Shown: piece after piece, positions 1-10,309 of the stretch
Layout: each line of letters starts with the position of its first letter
How positions within the stretch are numbered: position 1 is the stretch's first letter
Assembly (NCBI GenBank): GCA_963767925.1
Contig: CAVYGB010000008.1
Coordinates: forward strand, 1,344,001-1,408,000
Length of the DNA stretch: 64,000 nt
Direction of reading: 5' to 3'
Source: an uncultured delta proteobacterium
Lineage (GTDB): Bacteria > Myxococcota_A > Polyangia > Fen-1088
The notes under the pieces: generated by a model
What the model was told of the DNA's origin: nothing
The model's input: the letters and a program-made list of their open reading frames with translations, nothing else
Databases searched by the model: none
Position numbers and translations under genes: made by a program

Positions 1-2568
1 GAAGTGGTCGTGCTTCCGGTACGAGGTAAAAAAGGCGATCTCGCCTGGCGCGGCCGGCTCCAGCCGGTGCTCCCCCTCCGGGCCGGGGTCTCGCACGACG
101 CGGTAGCTGCGGAAGGCCCGGGCCCGGGAGTCGATCTCGAAGGTGCCGGGGTGCTCGCGCTCGTAGATGACGTTCGGTGAGGTGCCGGCCGCCACCAGCA
201 ACGAGCGGGCGGGCAGGCGGACCTGCTCGCCGGTGGGGTGCAGCTTGCCCTCCTGCTCGATCACCCGCTCGAACACCACGGCCTGGAGGGTGCCGTTGGC
301 GTCGGGCTCGCAGGCCCGCGGGACCAGGTTCTCGATGAACGAGACCCCCTCCTCGAGGAACTTGGACACCTCCTCGTGGTTCAGGCGATAGGCCGGCGAG
401 TCCTGCATGCTGCGGCGGTAGACCAGCGAGACCCCGCCCCAGGACGCGACGAGCCCGGCCAGGTCGGCGGCCTGCCCGGCGGCGGCCGCCCGGGCCCGTT
501 CGGCGCGCAGCTCCCGGCCGTGGGCGACGAACTCGCGCGCCACCTCGAGCTCGCCGGGGTTGTACATCCGCAGCAGCGCCTCCTCGCCGACCTCGGCGGC
601 GAGCGACTCCCAGCGGCTGAGGAACTTCTCCACCTGCACCGGGTAATAGGCCGCCAGCTCGGTGGTTGTGTCGATGCCGGTCAACCCGCCGCCGACAACC
701 AGGGCGGGCAGCCGCATCTGCAGGTTGGCCAGGGTGTCTTCCTTGAAGCCGCCGGTGAGCTGCAGGGCCATCAAGAAGTCGGAGGCCTTGCGCACCCCGG
801 GGATCAGGTTGTTCTTGATGTCGATGATGGTCGGCTTGCCGGCCCCTGCGGCGATGGCGATGTGGTGAAAGCCGAGCTGCCAGGCCTCGTCAGCGTCGAA
901 GGTGCCGCCGAAGCGCACGCCGCCGTAGGCCCGGAAGTTTCGCCGGCGCGCCAGGCTCAGGTAGATCGCCTGCAGGAAGTTCTTGTCCCAGCGGACGGTG
1001 ATGCCGTATTCGGCCACCCCGCCGAAGCCCGAGAGGATGCGCTTGTCGAGGGGGACCGCCAGCTCGTTCCAGTCGCGCAGCGGGCGCGGCGGCCAGGCAT
1101 CTCCGCCCACCAGGTCCACCGGCAGCGGCTCGAGCTTGAGCCCATCGACCGCCACCACGCCGAACCCCTCGTTGGCCAGGTGGTGCGACAGGGTGTACCC
1201 GGCGGGGCCCAGGCCCACCACGAGGACGTTCTTGCCGTTGTAGGGCAGGGCGTGGGGCCGGGCGCGGTTGAGCGGGTTCCAGCGGGTGAGGAGGGCGTAG
1301 ATCTCGAACCCGTAGGGCAGGGCGAGCACGTCGGTGAGCACCCCGGTCTCGGCCTGGGGGATGTTGACCGGCTCCTGCTTCTGGAAGATGCAGGCCTTCA
1401 TGCAGTCGTTGCAGATGCGGTGGCCGGTGCCCGGCAACATCGGGTTGTCGATGATGACGAGGGCCAGCGCGCCCAGCGAGTCGCCCTCCTTGCGCAGGAC
1501 GTGCATCTCGCTGATCCGCTCGTGCAGCGGGCAGCCGGCCAGCGCGATCCCCAGCGGGTTGCGCTTGGCGCTCCCGTCCTTCTCCCGCAGGCCGTGCGAG
1601 CAGGAGTCCTTGCGCCGCTCGTGGCAATAGAGGCAGTACTCGACCTCGCCCAGCACCTCCCTGGCCGACATCCGGTTGTCGGTGAGGGCAAAGCCGATCC
1701 GGCCCCGGCGGTGCTCGTCGTGGGCCACCATGAGCTCGGGCAGGTCGGCCCGGGGCCGACGCAGGGGCACCAGGGCGGCGTGGTCGAGCTTGTGGGGCAG
1801 CCGGAAGGCGACCCACCCGGCCACCCGGGCCCGCGCCTCCGGAGCGTGGTGATGGACCGCCGCCCAGCGCTCGAACCGATCCAGGATCGCGCGAACGAAC
1901 GTCAGCTCCGCTGCCGGGGAGCCATCGGCCGGAACCGCGGGCGGGGTGATGCCGCTGCCGCCGAGCCGCGCGGCGAGCGCGCGCGCCTGGGCGCTGCCGT
2001 CCGGGCCCGGAGGGGTGGCAGCCAGCGCGGCCTCCAGATCGAGCAGCGCCGAGACCGCCCGGCCGACGAGCAGCTCCCGGTCGCCCGGCGATCCCGCCGA
2101 GCCCGGATCGATCAGCGGGAGCAGCCCGTCGACCTCGGCCTCGAGGGCGAGCGCCTCGCCCGCGCTGGCTGCGGTCGATCCGTATTTCTTGATGGCCCGG
2201 CGGGACACGAAGTCGCGCAGCCGGAACACGGGCTGGTCGCGGGTCGCGGCCCCGCGCATGCTGCCTAGCAAGGGCTCGATGGCGAACAGCTCGGCCACGA
2301 AATCGGCCAGGTGCCGGGCCACCGCGATGAGGAGGTCCCCGTCGGCGGGCGGGATCAGCTCCTCGCCGCCCCGGTAAGACTCGAAGCGCGCCGCGAGCGC
2401 CGGATCGGCGGCGGCGAGCACGCCGCGAAAGTCAGCGTCGAGATCGGCCAGACGCCCGGGATCGAAGAGGTCCCGGTAGCGGTAGCCCCACCCCAGGGCG
2501 AGGTCGCGAGCGGGATCGCTCGGTGCGTCGCGCCCAGCGGCTGCGAAGGCGTAGGGACCGAAGCTCAT
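1..2568 (-). CDS. Large GltD/NADPH-dependent Fe-S flavoprotein oxidoreductase (3' end runs off the window)
   Basis: Not in the ORF track because it has no stop in the window. Manual translation from ATG 2568 (ATGA overlap with the upstream gene) gives YCLYCH..KDSC, GCPLHERISEMH, GHRICNDCMKAC Fe-S motifs and the VVGLGPAG FAD-binding motif. Confidence 0.85.
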   Translation of the reverse strand, partial: MSFGPYAFAAAGRDAPSDPARDLALGWGYRYRDLFDPGRLADLDADFRGVLAAADPALAARFESYRGGEELIPPADGDLLIAVARHLADFVAELFAIEPLLGSMRGAATRDQPVFRLRDFVSRRAIKKYGSTAASAGEALALEAEVDGLLPLIDPGSAGSPGDRELLVGRAVSALLDLEAALAATPPGPDGSAQARALAARLGGSGITPPAVPADGSPAAELTFVRAILDRFERWAAVHHHAPEARARVAGWVAFRLPHKLDHAALVPLRRPRADLPELMVAHDEHRRGRIGFALTDNRMSAREVLGEVEYCLYCHERRKDSCSHGLREKDGSAKRNPLGIALAGCPLHERISEMHVLRKEGDSLGALALVIIDNPMLPGTGHRICNDCMKACIFQKQEPVNIPQAETGVLTDVLALPYGFEIYALLTRWNPLNRARPHALPYNGKNVLVVGLGPAGYTLSHHLANEGFGVVAVDGLKLEPLPVDLVGGDAWPPRPLRDWNELAVPLDKRILSGFGGVAEYGITVRWDKNFLQAIYLSLARRRNFRAYGGVRFGGTFDADEAWQLGFHHIAIAAGAGKPTIIDIKNNLIPGVRKASDFLMALQLTGGFKEDTLANLQMRLPALVVGGGLTGIDTTTELAAYYPVQVEKFLSRWESLAAEVGEEALLRMYNPGELEVAREFVAHGRELRAERARAAAAGQAADLAGLVASWGGVSLVYRRSMQDSPAYRLNHEEVSKFLEEGVSFIENLVPRACEPDANGTLQAVVFERVIEQEGKLHPTGEQVRLPARSLLVAAGTSPNVIYEREHPGTFEIDSRARAFRSYRVVRDPGPEGEHRLEPAAPGEIAFFTSYRKHDHF

Positions 2569-4946
2569 GGGGAAGCACCCGGCTTATAGCGCGCCAGGCG
2601 CTGCTTTTCCCATTCCACCCGCTCGAGAACGTCCTGGGCCCGCAGCCGGTCCGCGACCGTGCCGGCGTCGGCTCCCAGCCGTTCGAGCGCCGAGCGGCTG
2701 CGGGCGAGGTCGCCCGCCCGGAAGGCCGACTCGGCCACCAGGCTGTGGCATTCCTTCAGGAAGACCGGCGGCAAAGGGGTACGCCGCGGCTCACCCCCGA
2801 CCAGCGGACAGGCGGACTCGAGCAGCCCGAGCGACAGCGCGGGGTCGCGGTAGGCGATCTGACGACCCAGCAGATAGGGGCCCAGGGCCTCATCGGGGTA
2901 GGCGCGGGTGAACCGCTCCATCAGGAACACCACCAGGCCGGCCTCCACGCCGCGCAGGGGGCTGTCGCCGAACAGGACCCGCCCCAACGTGTTGCGAGCC
3001 GTGTCATCCGCGAGCGCGCGCAGGCGAGCCAGCGCCGTCCGCTGTTCGGCGTCTTCCGTCGCGAAGCGCACCCCGCGCTCGACGGCGGCGCGGGAACCGG
3101 CGAACCGACCGGCATGGTAGAGCGCGCTGGCCGCGATCTGGGAGGCCCGGGAGCGCAAGGGATCGGTCATCGTCTGGTCGTCCTCGATTACCTTCGCCTC
3201 CCGCAAGGCGGCGTCGGTCAACCCGGCGGCGGCGAAGGCATCGGCGAGATCGAGCCGGTAGCTGGGCTCCTGCGGGTCGTCCTGGCAGACCGATCGCAGG
3301 AGGTCGACCGCCTTCTCGGGCACCGAATACAGGCGCCCGCGGGCCTCCTGCACCCGGGCCGCGAGCTCGCGCGCGCACACCTTGCCGAAGATGGCCGGAC
3401 GCCGGAACCGCTCGCGCGCCCGGGCCTGCTCGCGCGGATCGAGCGGCTGCTTCTCGACGAAGGCGCGCCACTCGGGCTCGAGCGCGTCGAGCGGGCGGCC
3501 ATAGACCCCGGCGAAGTCTCCTCCCGACCGGTAGATGGCCCGCAGGCGCTCTGCCCCCCGGGTCTCGAGCAGGAAGTGGGTGAACGAGCCCGCGATGGTG
3601 TAGGCCCGCGGTCCCGAGATGGTGGAGAAGCCGGCCCCCACGACCTGGGCGAGCGGCGGCGCCAGCCGGGCGGCGATCATGGCCCGCGCCTCCTGGTGGA
3701 CGGTCGACCGGCCCCAGGGATCGCCAAAGTCGGCCGCCTCGGCGATGCCTTCGATGAGGCCGCTGGCCAGCCGCGGGAGGGGGAAGCGCCAGTCCAGCGA
3801 CACGCCGAACACCGGATCGCCGAAGGCGCTGGCGAACACGTGCGCCAGCTCGTGCCGGAGGCGACGGGCCGGGAAACGTTCGGCCTGGACGAAGATCTCC
3901 TGCGTCCAGGGCCTGGCGTAGAGGGTGCCGCCGGCGCCCACCAGGTCCTTCTTGGACGCAGCGCTGGGGAACAGGTACACGGTGATGGGCAGTTGGGGCG
4001 CCACCCCCAGGATCCGCACGAGCTGGTCGAAGCGGAACTCGAGGTCCCGCATGACCAGCGCCCGCTCGTCGGGAGTCCCGTCGGAAGCCGGATCGCTGTG
4101 GACGACGAAGTGGGCCGAGCGGGTCTCCCTCTCCAGGATCCGCCGCAGGTGGGCCCGGTCGACGTGAAAGCCGAGGGGGCCCCGGTTCAGGTACAGGCCG
4201 ACCGAGCCGCTCACCAGGACGGCGGCGATGAAAGCAGGGAGCAGCCAGGCGCGCCGGCCCCCGCCCCGCCGCAGCCAGGTCGCCGCGCAGGCGACCGCCG
4301 CCGCCATCCAGAGCAGGTTGACGAGCCGGAAGTGGAGCAGCCGCTCGGGCGGGCGGAGGGCCTCGTCGTAGATCGGTCCGGGGAAGTAGCCGCCGAACGG
4401 ATCGAAGACGAAGACCGGGGGATCGAAGTAGAGGCGGGCCAGCGACCAGCCGATCGAGATCACGGGGAGGAGGTAAGCCAGCAGCCGTCCCCGCCGGGGC
4501 GAGGCCAGCCCGGCCAGCGTCCCGGCCGGGGCGGCGAACAGCGCGGTGGCGACCGGCAGCAGGGAAAAGAACACGAACCCCGCGCCCAGGTTGCAGTTGC
4601 GGATCCGGAGAGCGTTGAGGAGCGCCAGCAGCAGCGGCCCCGCCAGCGTGGCCAGGGCCCCGACGATCCCGGTGGTGATCAGGGCGCCCAGGGACAGCGG
4701 GCCGCCGCTCCGCCGCGCGGCCGCGACCGCGCCGTGGCCCACGTCGACCGCCGCGAAGGCCGCCAGCAGGCCGATGGCGAACGCGAAGTCGAACCCCAGG
4801 ACGTTGAACAGGGGCAAAAAGCACAGCACCCCGCCCGCGCCGGTGAGCAACAGCGACCAGACGAGGACGCGCCGCCCGAGGCGGGCCTCGACGAAGCGAC
4901 GGGCGCGCCCGAGAGCCGAGGCAGAAGGCGGGGCCAGGGAGGTCAA
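2565..4946 (-). CDS. Multi-pass membrane protein with gluzincin/peptidase MA-like domain and C-terminal TPR-like helices
   Basis: About 7 hydrophobic segments at the N-terminus; LRHELAHVF (HExxH) with downstream LIEGIAE; helical repeat C-terminus. Confidence 0.7.
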   Translation of the reverse strand: MTSLAPPSASALGRARRFVEARLGRRVLVWSLLLTGAGGVLCFLPLFNVLGFDFAFAIGLLAAFAAVDVGHGAVAAARRSGGPLSLGALITTGIVGALATLAGPLLLALLNALRIRNCNLGAGFVFFSLLPVATALFAAPAGTLAGLASPRRGRLLAYLLPVISIGWSLARLYFDPPVFVFDPFGGYFPGPIYDEALRPPERLLHFRLVNLLWMAAAVACAATWLRRGGGRRAWLLPAFIAAVLVSGSVGLYLNRGPLGFHVDRAHLRRILERETRSAHFVVHSDPASDGTPDERALVMRDLEFRFDQLVRILGVAPQLPITVYLFPSAASKKDLVGAGGTLYARPWTQEIFVQAERFPARRLRHELAHVFASAFGDPVFGVSLDWRFPLPRLASGLIEGIAEAADFGDPWGRSTVHQEARAMIAARLAPPLAQVVGAGFSTISGPRAYTIAGSFTHFLLETRGAERLRAIYRSGGDFAGVYGRPLDALEPEWRAFVEKQPLDPREQARARERFRRPAIFGKVCARELAARVQEARGRLYSVPEKAVDLLRSVCQDDPQEPSYRLDLADAFAAAGLTDAALREAKVIEDDQTMTDPLRSRASQIAASALYHAGRFAGSRAAVERGVRFATEDAEQRTALARLRALADDTARNTLGRVLFGDSPLRGVEAGLVVFLMERFTRAYPDEALGPYLLGRQIAYRDPALSLGLLESACPLVGGEPRRTPLPPVFLKECHSLVAESAFRAGDLARSRSALERLGADAGTVADRLRAQDVLERVEWEKQRLARYKPGASP

Positions 4947-4997
4947 ATCACCGCTCGCCGGGGTAAGAGGTGCGACAGAGGTACGACAGGAGCCAGC

Positions 4998-6575
4998 TCA
5001 GCGGCGGGGCTGGTAGATCTCCACCGCGTTGGAGGAGGAGCCTTCGGTATCACCGCCGAGCAGCACCACCGACAGGTTGGGCAACACGGTGGCGGTGGCG
5101 CGGGCCCGCGGAACCGCCGGCGTCTCGGCGACCAGCTCCCAGGTCTTGACGTCGTAGATCTCGGCGTTGTCGAGCAGCCTGCCGTCGGGACCGTAGCCCC
5201 CGGCCACCACCAGGTCATCGTTGATGACGAAGGCCGCGAAGCCAGTGCGCGGGTGGCGCAGGGTGACCGGACCGGGGCCGAATCGGCGCTGGGCCGGGAA
5301 ATAGATCAGGGAGTCGCCGCGCGGCTGCGTCCCGGGCGCCACCGCGACGTCCAGCCCGCCGAGGATCAGGACGCGCGCCTCGGCCGCTGCCGGGAGGGCG
5401 ATCGCCACGTGGTCCCGCCGGGCGGTGCCGGGGTGACCGGGCTGTCCCACGGCGGCCGGGTCGGGGCTGCCCGCCGCGGTCAGGTCGAGGGGGATCCAGT
5501 CCTCCTTCATCGGGTCGAACAGCTCGGCCACCGGCAGGCCGGCCGCGGCGCCCCCGTAGACGAGGATGTTGCCCCAGGTATCGCTGCTGGCCACGCTGGT
5601 CGCCGTGTGACCGACCCGGGCGGCGGCCATCTTCCGGGGCGACAGGGCGACCGGGCTGGACGGCCGCGCGTCGACGTCGATGACGATCACGCTGTCGAGT
5701 GGCTGGTCGGCCGCGTCCAGCCCCCCGAAGGCGAAGACCGGCCGCACGCTGGCCGCCATCACCGTGCGCTTGCGAGCCAGGGCCATTCCGCCGTCGTAGG
5801 GAGGCGCCATCTGGAGAAAGAAGCTCGAGAACCCCTGGCGGCCGACCGCGAACAGGTCGAGCTGGGCGGAGGTGACCGGCGCCTCCGAGACGTTGCTCTG
5901 CGAGAGGCCCCCGAACACGTAGATCCGGCCGCCGCGGCTGACCGCCGCGGCCTCCGCGCGCAGGCCGCCGGAGGTCCGGCCCACGTCCTCGGGGACGTGG
6001 GTGATGGGGTTGTAGACGTAGAGCTCGTTCGACAGGAGCTCCTGCTCGCCGCTGCCGGCGGGGACCCGCATCCGCCCGGCGCCGAAGACCGGGACGGTGA
6101 CCTGCACGGTCAGATCGGGGCCGAAGGTGCCCGACTCGGCCGGCACCGCCACGTGATCCCGGGTCTTGATGGTGAAGTCGCGGCTGCGGGCGAGCGTGCC
6201 GGGCTTCTGGACGAAGATGCGGATGAAGGGCGAGAGCTTCAGCACTTCCATCTGGGGCGTCTGCCCGAAGGCGACGACCTTGCCACTGGCGTCGAGGGCG
6301 CGGACGGCGAGGATCGCGGTGCGGGTGATGGCGGGATCGATGTCGGGGGCCTCGATCTCGAAGCGACCGTTCCCGGTCACCGCCTTGCTCGCCACGATCT
6401 GGCTCGAGACCAGCAGGTCCACGGTGGCGGCGCCGGCGAAGGTGTCGGCCGGCCCGGCGATCTCGATGGTGTACGTGTCCTTCAGGGTCTCGCCGCAGCC
6501 GGTACCGGCCAGCGCCGCGAACAACCCCGAGAGCACGCACGCCGCACCAGGGCGAGCCAGACCGGTCATGAACAT
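4998..6575 (-). CDS. Kelch-repeat (beta-propeller) lipoprotein
   Basis: Lipobox-like LAGTGC; repeats such as RVGHTAT..ILVYGG, RRDHVA..LILGG, RARATAT..VLLGG, NAEIYD. Confidence 0.75.
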   Translation of the reverse strand: MFMTGLARPGAACVLSGLFAALAGTGCGETLKDTYTIEIAGPADTFAGAATVDLLVSSQIVASKAVTGNGRFEIEAPDIDPAITRTAILAVRALDASGKVVAFGQTPQMEVLKLSPFIRIFVQKPGTLARSRDFTIKTRDHVAVPAESGTFGPDLTVQVTVPVFGAGRMRVPAGSGEQELLSNELYVYNPITHVPEDVGRTSGGLRAEAAAVSRGGRIYVFGGLSQSNVSEAPVTSAQLDLFAVGRQGFSSFFLQMAPPYDGGMALARKRTVMAASVRPVFAFGGLDAADQPLDSVIVIDVDARPSSPVALSPRKMAAARVGHTATSVASSDTWGNILVYGGAAAGLPVAELFDPMKEDWIPLDLTAAGSPDPAAVGQPGHPGTARRDHVAIALPAAAEARVLILGGLDVAVAPGTQPRGDSLIYFPAQRRFGPGPVTLRHPRTGFAAFVINDDLVVAGGYGPDGRLLDNAEIYDVKTWELVAETPAVPRARATATVLPNLSVVLLGGDTEGSSSNAVEIYQPRR

Positions 6576-6629
6576 GCCTCGCAGCCTAATACCGCGCTGC
6601 CACGAGCGCCAAGGCACAACGCCACCCGG

Positions 6630-7817
6630 TCAGCCGATGTTCATCTCGTGGTCGGCCGGGGCGGCAAACCGGCGATCGGGGCGCCAGGTGTCGAAGAAGG
6701 GGTGGGTCTCCTTGCCCAGCAGGTGGCGGGCATAGTAGCGGCTGACCACCGGCGCCATCATGAAGCCGTGCCCGACGAAGCCGCAGCAGAGAAAGAGCCC
6801 CGGCACCGCGGGGGCCTCCCCGACCAGCGGCGCCCCGTCGGGGGACATGTCATAGGGGCCAGCCCACTGCCGGACCACCTTCAGGTGCCCGAGCCGCGGG
6901 ATCACCTCCAGCATGCCGGCCGCCATGGTCTCGACGAACCGGAGGGTCGAGCCCAGCTCGACCGAGTCGGTGCGCGGCTCCTCCAGGGTGATGCCCCCCA
7001 CCACCTCCCCCCGCAGGGACTGGGAGAAATACAGCCCCGAGTCGAGGACCGAGACCATGGGCTTCAAGAAAGGCTTGAGGGGCTCGGTCGACAGGATCTC
7101 GTGCCGGGCGGGCCAGGTGGGGAGCTCGACCCCCACCAGGCGCGCCACCTCGGCCGACCAGGCCCCCGCCGCGTTCAGGATCCGCTCGGCCCGCAGCTCG
7201 CCCTTGCTGGTCGTGAGGGTGAAGCCCTGGGGTCCGGGGGTGATGGCCGAGACCCGGGTGCGGGTGTGGATCTCCACGCCCCGGCGGGCGGCCGCCCGGG
7301 CGTAGCCCCAGAGGAACGGCCAGGGAAAGACGATGGCGTCGGTCGGGTTGTAACAGGCGCCGGCGAAGGGCCCGTCGTCGATCTCGGGCACGATCCGGCG
7401 GGCCTCGGCCATGTCGAGCAGACGGGTCGGCACGTCGCAGGCGTTCTGCAGGGCGATGGCCTGTTTCATCCGCTCGAGCTGGGCCGTGCTGCGGGCGAGA
7501 AAGAGGTAGCCCCCCTGCCGCATCCAGATGTTCACCCCCAGCTCCTGGGCGAAGCCCCGGCAGATCTCCAGCGACTCCTGCATCAGGCGGATGTTGAGCT
7601 CGGTGGACCACTGCTGGCGCACGCCCCCGCCGTTGCGGCCCGAGGCCCCCCAGGCCAGGTGCTGCCCCTCGAGCACGACGACGTCCGAGCAGCCGAGGGC
7701 GGCGAGCTGGTAGGCGGTGGCGAGACCCATGATGCCCCCGCCGATGATGGCGATCTGAGCCTCCTTGCGCAGGGGCGCGGTGGCCGTCGAGCCGAGGGTG
7801 GACCGCCGGCGCCTCAC
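6630..7817 (-). CDS. FAD-dependent oxidoreductase, sarcosine oxidase beta / proline dehydrogenase beta (DAO family)
   Basis: [44 protein letters not shown] start at 7817 overlaps the upstream stop (GTGA). Confidence 0.88.
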   Translation of the reverse strand: MRRRRSTLGSTATAPLRKEAQIAIIGGGIMGLATAYQLAALGCSDVVVLEGQHLAWGASGRNGGGVRQQWSTELNIRLMQESLEICRGFAQELGVNIWMRQGGYLFLARSTAQLERMKQAIALQNACDVPTRLLDMAEARRIVPEIDDGPFAGACYNPTDAIVFPWPFLWGYARAAARRGVEIHTRTRVSAITPGPQGFTLTTSKGELRAERILNAAGAWSAEVARLVGVELPTWPARHEILSTEPLKPFLKPMVSVLDSGLYFSQSLRGEVVGGITLEEPRTDSVELGSTLRFVETMAAGMLEVIPRLGHLKVVRQWAGPYDMSPDGAPLVGEAPAVPGLFLCCGFVGHGFMMAPVVSRYYARHLLGKETHPFFDTWRPDRRFAAPADHEMNIG

Positions 7818-8083
7818 GGGCGGCGCCTCACGCACAGGCGCAGCTCGGTGGGGTGCAGCGGAGGGCGGCTGGTGAATGGCTGCAGGGTCTCGGCAGGGAC
7901 GCCGGCCAGCCGGGCGATGGCCGCCGCCACCTCTCGCAGGCACTCCTTGCCCTGGCAGGGACCGGTCCCGAAGCCGGTGTAGCGCTTCACCTCCTCGAGG
8001 TCCGCGAAGCCGGTCTTGATCGCCCGCTCGACGTCGGAGAGGGTGACGTCCTCGCAGCGACAGAGAACGATCTTGCGGCTCAT
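7814..8083 (-). CDS. BFD-like [2Fe-2S]-binding protein (oxidase small subunit)
   Basis: LCRCEDVT...[16 protein letters not shown]...SRPPLHP motif. Confidence 0.88.
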   Translation of the reverse strand: MSRKIVLCRCEDVTLSDVERAIKTGFADLEEVKRYTGFGTGPCQGKECLREVAAAIARLAGVPAETLQPFTSRPPLHPTELRLCVRRRP

Positions 8084-8092
8084 TCGGCGCGA

Positions 8093-8875
8093 TCAGCGGG
8101 GCTTGGGGAGCTGGAACAGGGTGGGCGACAGCTTCTGATTGAACTTCACCTCGGCCAGCCGGGCCTCGACGGTCATGGGCCCGGCGGTTGTCTCCTCCCG
8201 GAAGGGCAGCTTGACCCCCTCCACCTCGCGCCAGTCCGAGAGCCGGGCGGAGTAGGGGATCTCTCCCTGGGGGGTGGCCTGCTTGCCCTGCTGGTAGGCG
8301 CGCAGGTGGGTGTTGGCATCGAAGCAGGCGACCGCCGGCTGGCCCACCGCGGGGACCAGCTCGACACACTCGAGCGGATCGCCCTTGGGGGCGGCCTCGG
8401 GCCGGGAGGCCGGGCGGATGGTCTTGTACAGCTTGTCGAGCTTGACGTCGCCGTTCCAGGTGCCCTCGATGCGGGCCTGCTCCTCCTCCGCGCCCTTGAG
8501 GATGCGCAGGCCGTTGATGGGATCTTCCGACCAGCGCACACGTCCGGTGGAGCCTTGCTTGATGACGCCGATGCCGGGCAAGGTGGTGACCGAGAGGACC
8601 TGGCCGGCGGCGGTCGCCCACCGCTCCTCGGTGCCGCCGACCCCCATCCCCTTGACCGCGATCTCACGCTTCACGTAGACGTTCTTGTGCTTGCCGAGGG
8701 CGCGGGCGCCTCCGATCGCCTTGCTGTAGTCGGCGAGGATCGCCTTCACGGCCCGGGGCGGAGCCGCCTCGGGGGCGGGGCTGGCGGCGGCGGTCTGGGC
8801 GACGACCGGTGGTTGGATCCCGAGGAGGATCGCCAGGGCGAGGCCGGGCGGCAGGAGGTGCGGCGCGCGGTTCAT
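8093..8875 (-). CDS. Exported beta-rich hypothetical protein (lipoprotein-sorting/LolA-like fold suspected)
   Basis: Signal peptide ending VVAQ; SKAIGG near the N-terminus and [13 protein letters not shown]...VKFN...LF at the C-terminus; ATGA coupling to the S41 gene. Confidence 0.6.
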   Translation of the reverse strand: MNRAPHLLPPGLALAILLGIQPPVVAQTAAASPAPEAAPPRAVKAILADYSKAIGGARALGKHKNVYVKREIAVKGMGVGGTEERWATAAGQVLSVTTLPGIGVIKQGSTGRVRWSEDPINGLRILKGAEEEQARIEGTWNGDVKLDKLYKTIRPASRPEAAPKGDPLECVELVPAVGQPAVACFDANTHLRAYQQGKQATPQGEIPYSARLSDWREVEGVKLPFREETTAGPMTVEARLAEVKFNQKLSPTLFQLPKPR

Positions 8876-10299
8876 GGTGCCTTCGATGCTCGGGCCGCCG
8901 CGAGGGCGGCGTCAAGGACCGGATCCCGGCCCGCCAGCAGGGCGGCCCGCGTCTCCAGGATCCGCCGGTCGGGCTGGACCCCCCGCCCCTCGAGCAAGAC
9001 GCCCTTGGGGGTGCGAAAGTCGGCCACCACGTACTGGATGATCGCGCCTCCCGGCAGCGACTCGACCTGGGAGGGCAGCACCGCCCCCAGCGAGGTGTCA
9101 CCGACCACGATGGCCCGCCCCGCCTCCTTGAGGCCGGCGGCGAAGATCTCGGCGGTCGAGGCGGTCCCCTCGTCGGTCACGATGACCAGCCCCCCGGTGA
9201 AGGGCTTGACCCCCATGGGGGGGGTGGCGATGAACACCTGGTTGAACTCCCGGAACTGGAGGGTGCCGAGGGTCAGCGGGCGATCGGTCAGGCGGGAGGC
9301 GATGGGGATGGCCACCGCCCCCTGTCCGCCGGGGTTGCCTCGCAGATCCAGCACCACCGCCCGGCTCTTGCGAGCCCGGAAACCGTCGATGGCGGCCTGC
9401 ACGCGCGGCAACACCTCCTCGGTGAGGAAGAGGTTGAAGGACAGGACGCCGATGTCGCCGATCTGCGAGACCCGCACCTCGGGGTAGAGAGGCGGCAGCA
9501 GCCCCAGCTTGACCGGCCGTTCCCGGGAGACCTGGCGCTCGAGCACGACCTCCCCGGGCCGGTCCTGAGCGTCGAGGTACTTGACCGTGACCTTGCTGCC
9601 AGCGGGGCCCAGCAGCCGGCGGGCGGCCGCCACCCGGGCGTAGAAGCGCTCCTCCACCGGCCGCAGCGGCCGGCCGCCCCGGGCGGCGGTCTGCACCGGC
9701 CAGCCGCCGATGTGGGTGACGATGAAACCCGGCCGGATCCCGGCGCCCTCGGCCGAAGATCCCGGGCGCACGAGGGTGACGGTGGGTCGGCCCTCGATGA
9801 TCCGCAGCACGAAGCCCGGCTCCGCCTCTCCTCCGGCCGCGGGAGGCCCGTCGGGGTCGAACACGTGGCTGGCAGGCGCGCCCGGGCCGGCCACCTCCAG
9901 GTGGGACTGGCCGAGCTCGCCCAGCATCTGGTTGAGGAAGCGGTAGAACGTGGCGGCGTCGGGGGCGCCAAGCGCCAGGGGCTCGTAGCGGCTCCGCATG
10001 GCGTTCCAGTCGAGCCCACCCAGCGTCTTGTCGAAGTGCTTGTCGCGCACGAGCGTCCAGGCTCCCTCGAAGATCGCCCGCCGGATCGGCCGGTCGCCCG
10101 AGCCCCGGTCCGAGGGGTCGATGACCGGCGCCGGTCCCGCTTCGGCCAGCGGCGGCGGCGCGACCGCGGCCGCGGGGGCGCTGGCGGGCAAGGGGGCGGC
10201 GGTGGCGGCGGCCCCGGGCAGGGCCTGACGGGCGGCGCAACCGAGGACGCCCACCCCGAGCGCCCAGACCACAGCGGGGAGACCTCGCGTACCGAACAT
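8872..10299 (-). CDS. S41 family C-terminal processing peptidase with PDZ domain, lipoprotein
   Basis: Lipobox VLGC; DLRGNPGG, TASTAEIFA, VVGDTSLG, EGRGVQPD. Confidence 0.88.
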   Translation of the reverse strand: MFGTRGLPAVVWALGVGVLGCAARQALPGAAATAAPLPASAPAAAVAPPPLAEAGPAPVIDPSDRGSGDRPIRRAIFEGAWTLVRDKHFDKTLGGLDWNAMRSRYEPLALGAPDAATFYRFLNQMLGELGQSHLEVAGPGAPASHVFDPDGPPAAGGEAEPGFVLRIIEGRPTVTLVRPGSSAEGAGIRPGFIVTHIGGWPVQTAARGGRPLRPVEERFYARVAAARRLLGPAGSKVTVKYLDAQDRPGEVVLERQVSRERPVKLGLLPPLYPEVRVSQIGDIGVLSFNLFLTEEVLPRVQAAIDGFRARKSRAVVLDLRGNPGGQGAVAIPIASRLTDRPLTLGTLQFREFNQVFIATPPMGVKPFTGGLVIVTDEGTASTAEIFAAGLKEAGRAIVVGDTSLGAVLPSQVESLPGGAIIQYVVADFRTPKGVLLEGRGVQPDRRILETRAALLAGRDPVLDAALAAARASKAP

Positions 10300-10309
10300 T
10301 GCCTGAAGC

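Noticed and set aside
2523..7982. 1819-aa plus-strand ORF and other long antisense ORFs (e.g. 238-2268, 32867-34780, 48200-50143, 56309-58378)
   Set aside because: Shadow frames opposite well-supported genes; high GC3 suppresses stop codons on the antisense strand and the translations carry no recognisable motifs.
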